Source: an uncultured Planctomycetaceae bacterium
GTDB lineage: Bacteria; Planctomycetota; Planctomycetia; Pirellulales; PALSA-1355
DNA: 64,000 bases
NCBI GenBank assembly: GCA_963785305.1
Contig: CAWAUV010000008.1
Coordinates: 320,001-384,000 of the forward strand
Direction: 5' to 3'
The position numbers were made by a program, and so were the translations under genes. The notes below the pieces were generated by a model. The model was not told the origin of the DNA. It ran no database searches and saw only the letters and a list, made by a program, of their open reading frames with translations. This document shows positions 52,446 through 60,699 of this stretch, one piece after another (within the stretch, counting starts at the first letter, position 1; each line of letters opens with the position of its first letter).

Positions 52446-53536
52446 ATAGAGCCGCAGTCACAGAAATTTTTAAGTTACAAAAAGTTCTCGATGATCCACG
52501 ATTCGAGGGTTTCGGACTTGGCGACCATTCTTCGGTGCTGGGGCGGGAAAATTTATTTCAAGATATGGACCCGGCGCATGAGCACTCGGAGGTCGGTCGC
52601 AATTGGCACCCCGTGCGTTTGGCGAAATTGTGGCGTCCGCCGCGAGTTGCTGGACGCGTGCAACCATATAACGATTATCCATGTGTTAACTTGAGCGATC
52701 CGGTTTTCAGTCGCCGCGCGTGCGACGCGTTGCGCGACTTGCTCGAGCCGAACGGCGAGTTGCTGCCGCTCGATTCGGATGCGGGCGAATACTATTTCTA
52801 CAACATCACCACGGTGATCGACGCCTTGGATCTCAAGAAATCGAAAGGCGCGTTCTTCGATTCGGGTATCGCAATCGGCGACTTGATGGATTATTTCTGG
52901 TTCCATCCCGCGAAGCTCGCGGGCGCGACTATTTTTCGAGTTCCCGATGTGCCTGCCTGCGCGCTGGTCACGCGGACATTCATCGATCGGGTGTATGCGG
53001 CCGGACTGAACGGCTTCGACTTCATCAAGCTGTGGCCGCTTCCCGAGGGCACGAACTGGCGCATCGAAGACAAAAAGCTGAAGAAGAAACAGTTCGCGAT
53101 TCGCAAGAACATGAAGGCGCAAACGGTGGTGGTTGCATTCGCGCTTTCGGGCAAGAAGCCGAGCGCGGCCGAAAAGAAATCGTTGGCCAAGCTGGAAGAC
53201 GATCTCGACGCGCAGCTTGCCGTGCGTTCGCTCGACGCGCCGTTTTTCGGCGTGTACGAAGGTCATGAGATTCAAGAAGGCGAATACCGGATGTTCCTGC
53301 GCTGCCCCGATGCCGATGCACTGGCCGCGAAGCTGATCCCGTGGCTGCAATCGATTGTTTGGAGTAGCGAAGTGCATGCGATGAAACGCTACGGCGACAT
53401 GCGTGATCCCAACGCGAGGGAGAAAATTCTCGATTTGAACCGTGCCCCGACGGCGCCCCAGAAGAAGGCGCCGCATGCACCGGCCAAGAAAGCGCCGCAT
53501 AACACAGCGAGACGCCCGCGGCCGTCCAAAGATTGA
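52442..53536 (+). CDS. Imm11-like immunity protein, allele of 4725..5819
   Basis: ATGA overlap; differences concentrated in the first ~90 residues. Confidence 0.75.
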   Translation: MNRAAVTEIFKLQKVLDDPRFEGFGLGDHSSVLGRENLFQDMDPAHEHSEVGRNWHPVRLAKLWRPPRVAGRVQPYNDYPCVNLSDPVFSRRACDALRDLLEPNGELLPLDSDAGEYYFYNITTVIDALDLKKSKGAFFDSGIAIGDLMDYFWFHPAKLAGATIFRVPDVPACALVTRTFIDRVYAAGLNGFDFIKLWPLPEGTNWRIEDKKLKKKQFAIRKNMKAQTVVVAFALSGKKPSAAEKKSLAKLEDDLDAQLAVRSLDAPFFGVYEGHEIQEGEYRMFLRCPDADALAAKLIPWLQSIVWSSEVHAMKRYGDMRDPNAREKILDLNRAPTAPQKKAPHAPAKKAPHNTARRPRPSKD

Positions 53537-53582
53537 GTCTTTGGTTTCGGAACCGAACTCCAAATTGAAAGCGAATTACCTC

Positions 53583-54098
53583 ATGGCGAAACAGGCTTCG
53601 GGCAGCGCTCGGCCATGCATCACCGATCGGCCGCTCGACGCCGAGACTCTCGGGCTCATCAAGGCCAGCGCCGCCGAAGCGGCCCAGTGGCGCCGCATCG
53701 ACACGGCGACATGGAGCGCGGAGAAAATCATCGCCGCGATCGACGAGACCGTCTATGAACTGCAAATGACTCAAAGTCCGCCGCTGCCCGATGAAGGCGA
53801 TCCGGCGATCAGTCTGGGCAGCCTCTGGGGCGAGCAACTCGTCGGCGATTTTGCCTGGGAATGGGCGGCCGTGCATTTCGGCGCCGACGGCACGAAATCG
53901 ATCGGCGTCGTCTCCGCCAACCGGTCTCTCGCGATCTATCCACTGTATTTCGCGCGGGCTTGCCTCGACGGCGAGGCGGCGGTGACGATCGCGCTGGCCT
54001 TCAACATGCTGAAAGACGGAAAACGAATCCCCAAGCTTCCGCCGCGCGGCTACGCCGAAGTGATGAGTTGCGTGCGTCCCATCGTGCCACGCGGCTGA
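53583..54098 (+). CDS. DUF3806-like orphan immunity protein, allele of 5865..6380
   Basis: N-half divergent, C-half identical. Confidence 0.6.
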   Translation: MAKQASGSARPCITDRPLDAETLGLIKASAAEAAQWRRIDTATWSAEKIIAAIDETVYELQMTQSPPLPDEGDPAISLGSLWGEQLVGDFAWEWAAVHFGADGTKSIGVVSANRSLAIYPLYFARACLDGEAAVTIALAFNMLKDGKRIPKLPPRGYAEVMSCVRPIVPRG

Positions 54099-54650
54099 TC
54101 CGCCGGTTTCGCGACCTGGGGCACGAGCCTCCACACCGAAAACGGCCAATGGCAGCTCGTCAACGGCCAGACGCTTTCCTCGAGCGCTACCTTCGGCGAG
54201 AACGACGGCAAGGACGTCGCCTCCAGCGCCCCCGTCAGTTTCTCGACCAGAGGTGGCGTCGAGGAGGGTTCCGGCGGGAGCCGGCTTCGATCACGACCAA
54301 CGATTATTATTCCGATCACATCAGCTACTCCGCCGCCGGCATCACCGCGTTCCGCTCCGCGCCCGACACGCCGATCTCGACCGGACAAGGCTTCCTGCCG
54401 ATCTCGATCATCGAGCAGTTCCAGGAAGTCTGGGCGTTCAATCTTCATGCCGAGCGGTGGGAGCTCAAGCCGGTCTTGGAGACGTTCGCCTTCGACTACG
54501 TGGGCGACATGGCGCATGTTTCGCTCGTCGGCCCGGCAGGCGAGGAAACCATTAAGGCGACGCCGGGGCATCCGTATTGGGTGATCGAGGGCGAAGGGCT
54601 CGATGAGCGTCCGCGCGGCCAGCACATCCAGGCGATCGAATCGGACTTGG
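54099..54650 (+). pseudogene. Carrier scrap plus truncated Hint, copy of 6381-6932
   Basis: Identical translations in the ORF track. Confidence 0.7.
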
Positions 54651-55539
54651 AAGGCGGCGCATTCGCCGCTGTCGGCAAAGCGGCGATGTACGCCGGCTGT
54701 AAGCTGGGCATCACGCCGTTCTGCTTCGCCCCCGACACGCCGATCTCGACCGGCCAAGGCTTCCTACCGATCTCGATCATCGAGCAGTTCCAGGAAGTCT
54801 GGGCGTTCGATCTGCACGCCGAGCGGTGGGAATTCAAGCCGGTCTTGGAGACGTTCGCCTTCGACTACGAAGGCGACATGGCGCATGTTTCGCTCGTTGG
54901 ACCGGCCGGTGAGGAAACGATTCGCGCCACGCCGGGGCATCCGTATTGGGTGATCGAGGGCGAAGGGCTCGATGAGCGGCCCAAGGGCGAGCACATTCAG
55001 GCGATCGAATCGGACTTGGAAGGCTCGCCGGTCCCCGGCCGCTGGGTGGATGCGGGCGACTTGCGCGCGGCGACGTGCTCTTGCTCAAGAATTCGCCGCC
55101 GCTGCGCGTGGAGCGCGCATGGCTGGAGCCGTACGTCGGCAAAGTGTATAACTTCTTCGTCGGCGACCTACACAACTACTCCGTGGGGTTCCATGCGGCG
55201 CTGGTGCATAATACGTGCTCGGCCGCCCAATTGGCGCTGAACAGAGCAAATGGAAAAGCGGCGGAGGCGACTGCGGTGGAACTGCTAAAAGCTGGCGGCG
55301 CCAATGTGCTTGGCAGCCAACTTCGCGTGAAAACATCGGAGGGAATTCGCGTGATCGATTATTTGATCCAAGTCGGCGCCAAGTTCATCGCCATTGAAGT
55401 GAAGTCGGGGAATGCGTCGCGGACCGCGAAGCAACTTTCGAAGGATCGACTTCTGGCGACGGAGGGAGGAACGTTTTTGAAAAAGACATTAAACAGATAC
55501 TCTGAAGAACTTATCACTACCATAGAATGGCTGTTCTAA
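54651..55539 (+). pseudogene. Orphan cassette A6: Hint plus PD-(D/E)XK tip; frameshift near 55069
   Basis: ORF 55075..55539: RVIDYL...AIEVKSG...ITTIEWLF. Confidence 0.8.
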
Positions 55540-55542
55540 CCA

Positions 55543-56225
55543 ATGCCAGTTTTCAAGCAATTGAAACGACTGTTGTATGACGAATTGAAAACTCGTATGA
55601 AGCAACGTGGATTTAAGGGAAAATTATCGGATGGAGAGCCTGAATTTGAGCGTCGATACCCATGGGGTTACGCGTTGTTTTCGATTCATTATATCAAGCA
55701 TTACGACGATTTCGACATTTCGGTTTATGTTCATATCCGCCACGATGCGATCGAAGAGATCGCTCAGCGCAACCATCCGCGGCTTTCGGAAGACATTTGC
55801 AAAACGATGCAGACGATGGGCCACGATATCGGTTATCTCGCGGGAGGCGATCCCATGCGTTGGACCGTTAGCTCGGAATTGGACATCATTCCAGTCGCCG
55901 ACGCGATGGTGGCGATGTTCGACGAAGTGGGCGAGCCGTTCATCGAGAAATACCGACATCTGGAAAATGCATTCGAAGTGTTTCTCGACGATGATTACCG
56001 ACCGAAAGTTCGCATCGATTGTGGACCGCCTTCCGATCGCGCAAATACGCGGTGACCGCGGCGATCTTGATGCGCAAAAATCGAGCTTGGATTCGCGATT
56101 ACATCGCGAATCGAATCGCGTTCCTTTCCTCGCTTCAAAACCAACAAGGTATCACGGAGTTCAAAGTCTTCCTGCGATCGCTCGACGATCCCGATCTGTT
56201 GCCGAGCGATGTTCCGGAAGTTTGA
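55543..56225 (+). pseudogene. Immunity protein for A6, close paralog of 1936..2616; frameshift near 56045
   Basis: ORFs 55543..56055 and 56019..56225 join at GCAAATAC. Confidence 0.75.
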
Positions 56226-56277
56226 ATTGCCGCGTCAAGAGTCGCTCGATAACGCCAACTCCCGGGAATCCCCGTCC

Positions 56278-56629
56278 ATGACCTACGATCTGAATTTCTT
56301 CAAGGAGCAGCCGGGCGTCGAACTCGACGCGCAGGCGGCATACGAGCAACTATCGCTCGAAAAAGACGTGCCGGGGCTAATCGAGTTGCCGGTCGAACGC
56401 ATGCTGGCGCAGGATCAAAGAGCTATTTCCCGACGAATGGACGCAATACGGCGATGGCCACTGGGAATCCACCGAGGACGCGCTCGAAGTGATGCTAACC
56501 CCCTATTTCCTCCGCGTCGACTTCCCCGGTCTGGGGCGCGAGGACCTGGAAGCGATGATGGAGCTCGCCCGCGAGTTCGACTGCCCGCTGTACGATCCCC
56601 AGACCGGCGAACGGTTTGAAGTGAAATAA
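56278..56629 (+). pseudogene. Small acidic YDPQ protein, copy 4; 1-nt insertion near 56411
   Basis: GCGCAGGATC versus GCGCGGATC in the other copies. Confidence 0.7.
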
Positions 56630-56715
56630 CCCGTCGCCGGCGTAATGGTTCGGCCTGGAGGCAAGCGTGCTAGTCGGCAAGTCGCGAGTCTCGCGCCGTC
56701 GACAAAAAAGCATAT

Positions 56716-56813
56716 TCACCACGCCGGACACGACGACGGAAAACCGTTTCCGCGGCGCGTCGTCGAGCCATCGCTTCCTTGCCGTCGTCGCGTCTTCGTG
56801 TCCGTCGTGTTGA
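56716..56813. repeat. REP-like hairpin repeat
   Basis: Copy of 3106-3202. Confidence 0.8.
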
Positions 56814-56828
56814 CACTTCTTCGCTCTC

Positions 56829-58281
56829 TTGTCCCACGTCGAGACCAAGCGGACCGGCCCCAACGGCGCCGAGAAATTCTTCCAGCAAGCGAGCGGCTTG
56901 ATCGCGGCGAGCGGCAATGTGCTCGACCAGCCGACGCTGGCGAGCATCCCGCTGCCGCCGGGCGCGTCGATCAACATCGATTCGACGTCGATCACGTTCG
57001 GCGCGTCGCCGGCCATTCCGCAACCGTGGACCACCACGGTATACAATGTCGGCGTGGGATTCGCCAGCGGGGCGGCGGGCGGGGTGGCGGGCGCGATTCC
57101 CGGGCGCTGGTCGCGTCGGTCGTGACCGGCCCGGCGGGATTTTTCACGGTGCTGACCGCGGGAGCGGTCTCCGGCGGAGTCGCGGGCGCCATCGCCGGTT
57201 ACTCGGCCAAGAACAGCACGGCGGTGATGCAATCCGCCTACAACAGCGGCCTCGCCGCCGGCTTCGAGACCGGCGTGGCGATGATCTTCACCGGCGCGGG
57301 CGCGGCCGTGCAAATCCTGGTCGGCGCGGGCGCCGCCGCCACGACGAACGTGATCGGCCAACTCGCGCATGGCGTGAGCTTGAACCAACTAAATTACGCG
57401 TCGATCGGCTGGTCGGCCTTGCAAGGCGGCGCGTTCGCCGCTGTCGGCAAAGCGGCGATGTACGCCGGCTGTAAGCTGGGCATCACGCCGTTCTGCTTCG
57501 CCCCGGGTACGCTCGTCGCGACGGAGAACGGATTGAAGCCGATCCAGTCGCTTACGGTCGGCGAAATGGTATGGTCCTTCGACTTAACCAGCGCGACCTG
57601 GAAGTTGCGTCCGGTAATTTATACATCCGAGGTCGAACATGCCGGCGACATGGTTCGCGTCACCGTCGCCGGCGAAGACATCCTCGCCACCGGTGGACAC
57701 CCATTCTGGGTAGCCTCGGGCGAGCCGCTCACGGATCGGCCCACGCCCAAGGACATTCCCGACCCGCACGACGGCGCATCAATCGACGGCCGCTGGGTGA
57801 AGGCCGAGGACCTGCGGGCGGGCGACGTGCTGCTATTGAAGAGCCGCCTGCCGGCGCGCATCGAATCAGTCCAGACGGAACCCTACGCGGCGAAAGTCTA
57901 CTGCTGCATCGTCGATGATCTGCATTGCTATGCCGTTGGCCGGCAAGGGATCCTGGTGCATAATGGATATCCTCCCAGCAGCTTAAGCGGAGCGACCTAC
58001 CAACAGTTCAAGAATTTCAACAGGCGCAGAGCGCGGCGCTCAATTGGCTAAAAAACAATGGTTTTAATGCTGCGAAAGCGATACCGTATATGTCGAAAAA
58101 ATATTCCGTGTTTAACGGGTTGATTCAACAACCCGGTAGAATTGGTTACCGAATAGAGTGGTCGCCTAGTATCGGTAATCATATCAATGTGTTTTCCGGA
58201 AAGCTTAAAGGCCCGCATTTCATGTTTCCTGGAAGCCAAGCCGATGTGAATGCGATTGTACGACAGCTATTTGGAGGATAA
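56829..58281 (+). pseudogene. Orphan cassette A7: carrier A stub, divergent Hint, tip resembling CdiA-CT BECR tRNases; frameshifts near 57103 and 58018
   Basis: Repaired tip FQQAQSAALNWLKNNGF...GYRIEWSPSIGNHINVFSGKLKGPHF recalls E. coli NC101-type CdiA-CT (recognised from memory). Confidence 0.7.
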
Positions 58282-58283
58282 AG

Positions 58284-58853
58284 ATGGATCCCATGCGAGA
58301 AATGTCGCTGCAAGATGAGATGCTTGCCGAGCTTTCAGAGTTTACCCAATCGAAGAAAATTGTTATTTACCAAACATCCGATAGTTGGTTCGATTTATTA
58401 AACGCACGCTTTCCAAAAACAATTATTGGTGCGCTTGCATGGGAAGAAGTGCCGGGCCATCAGTCTTGCGGTGATGTCGTGCCCATTATTCCGCCTGAAG
58501 GCATAAACGGTGAAGAGGTCGTCCAAAGAAACGCGAGTAAAATCGCGGAATTTCTCGAAAGATTTGCCGCAAATGGTGGCATTGGCCATAGCGATCAGGT
58601 CGTCATAATCGGAGATGGCGTCACCGAAGTCGCGCTGGGTATGTCGTTCGAAACGCTCTTTAAAGTATTTATGGTCCTATTCTCGTACCCGCAACACACA
58701 TACGTACTTACATCCGATGGCGTATGGTGTTTTGTTTTCACGTTCGAGTTTTTCATGCACTTCGGCAAGTCTCCGAAAATGAGCAATTCGTTGTCCCTGT
58801 CCCTGTTGTCTCTTCCGGAAACCCCGTCGGAGGGGAATGGTGATGCCAAGTAG
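58284..58853 (+). CDS. CdiI-like immunity protein for A7; 3' end runs into the IS end
   Basis: GGAGG RBS; AT-rich; last codons LSLPETPSEGNGDAK come from IS sequence. Confidence 0.7.
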   Translation: MDPMREMSLQDEMLAELSEFTQSKKIVIYQTSDSWFDLLNARFPKTIIGALAWEEVPGHQSCGDVVPIIPPEGINGEEVVQRNASKIAEFLERFAANGGIGHSDQVVIIGDGVTEVALGMSFETLFKVFMVLFSYPQHTYVLTSDGVWCFVFTFEFFMHFGKSPKMSNSLSLSLLSLPETPSEGNGDAK

Positions 58854-59834
58854 GGTTGATTTCGCGAGGTTGGTTTCGGCGAGGCTCAAGAAAAATCGCC
58901 GGCGTTGGAGTGAAAACGGGCCCGGAGGGCCTGTTTTCACTCCTCGGCGCGCGGCCTTCCCTTCGGCGTGATGGCCGTGGTTGAAGTTCGTGAAGCGCAA
59001 GGGCGCGAGGCGGCGTCAAGCGGCGCGCGTGTAGCGGTGATGCAGTCCGCCGACTTGCGGGATGGATCGCACCGGGCCGCGTTCGGGCGGTTCGATCTCG
59101 CGAGGATTCGGTGCGTTCCGCTCAAGCGAAAGATGAGTTCTTGAATTGTTATAGTAATCGAAGTAATCGGACAGGACGCGTTTCAAGTGGCGCTCGCCGA
59201 GCACGATGACGTGATCGAGGCATTCGCGGCGGATCGAGCCGATCAGTCGTTCGACGTAGGGATTTTGCCAAGGCGAGCGCAGCGCGCTCACCACTTGTTC
59301 GATTCCCAGATTCTCGATTCGTCGTTGGAACACATCGCGATAGATTCCATCGCGATCGCGTTGCAAGTAGCGGCGCCGAGTCATAAGGAAACGCCTCGAC
59401 GATTTGCTGGGCGCTCCACTCGGCCGATCGATTGGCCGTGACATTGAAATGCACGACGCGGCGTCGCTCGACTTCGAGCACGACAAAGACATAGAGCACG
59501 CGAAAGGTGGCGGTCGGCACGGTGAAAAAGTCGATGGCGACCAGTTCGCCCAAATGGTTGTGCAAGAACGTCTTCCAGCCCGGCGAAGGCGACGTCGGCT
59601 GGGGGCCGCGAACAAGATATTTACTTACGGTCGATTCGGCGACGCGGTATCCGAGCAGCTGGAGCTCGGACTGAATACGCGGCGCGCCCCAGGTCGGATT
59701 CTGTAACCGTTCACGGGTCGAAATGGCCGAAAACAAGGCGTTTTTGTCGCGTACAAGAACCGTAAATGGTAGATTCGGTGCCAATTCGCGCGACATTGCC
59801 ACGTTTCGATTGGAAAATTTCTCGGGAGAGCCCA
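58807..59834 (-). mobile_element. Degraded IS with integrase-core (rve, DDE) transposase pseudogene, IS3/IS481-like
   Basis: NPTWGAPRIQSEL, AIDFFTV, RDRDGIY, SPWQNPYVERLIGSIRRECLDH, GGLHHRY over shifted frames; ends TGTCTCTTCCGGAAA and (reverse) TGGGCTCTCCCGAGAAA. Confidence 0.8.
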
Positions 59835-59892
59835 AAAACGCCGGGGCAAATGCTATTCCACATTTTCGACTTTTCGTGTATGGGCACCCTGT

Positions 59893-60160
59893 GAACGGTT
59901 ATGCCTACGACACTTCGGCCCACACGCTGACCGTCACCACGACGCTGCCGACCTACGCCACGACCGACAAGGTTTACGACGCCGACGGCGAGCTCGCCAG
60001 CCAGCGCGACGCCCTGGGCAACACGACCACCTACGCCTACAACGCCCTGGGCCAAGCGGCCCAGGTGGCCGATCCTTCGGATTCTTCGATCTTGCTGGGG
60101 CCGGTTTACAATGCGGTGGGCGAAGAGGTTTCGAGCACCGATCTTTTGGGCAACGTCACG
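59893..60160 (+). pseudogene. RHS/YD-repeat fragment
   Basis: YDADGELASQRDALGNTTTYAYNALGQ...YNAVGE in ORF 59723..60292. Confidence 0.75.
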
Positions 60161-60699
60161 TCGGGGCAAAACCACGGGGCTATACCAAGCACCCACCAAG
60201 CCGTTGGACAGCGGCGGCGCACAGGCGACTGCGTGTCTTTCCTTCGCTGCCTAAATAGCCCGGGCATCTTACCCGTCCTCGGCATCGGATGACTGTCTGG
60301 TTTCTTCCTTTCCTGGTTTCTCCCTTTCCCACCTGCGCAGAGCGCGATCCCGTGCTGACGCGACCACTATCTCAATGGCGACCGGAACGATTGCGTTCCC
60401 TATCACATTCACAATGAGCAATCCACGCTCTATACACAACCCGCTGGCGGCCTGTTGAATATTTCGACAGGCTGCTAGCGGGTTGCGAGGTCTACCCCTT
60501 TCCCAGGCGCTGGCGCGTGCGAGCGACATCGGGCCGGCGACGACCGCGCTTTCGGCCTGGTTTTTGCCGCAACATAGCCAAGAATCGCCATTTCGCCGCC
60601 TGCTAGCGACAAGCTCGCATTGACTCAACTTCACAAAATCGTCAGTCTACTGCCGCTTGGCGCTAGGAATTCCAGTCTATCTTGCCGGGAGTCGATCGC

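Noticed and set aside
1116..57965. Mobile homing inteins
   Set aside because: The Hints are roughly 140-165 aa with no endonuclease insert and lie in toxin precursors, which fits PT-HINT/BIL autoprocessing domains.
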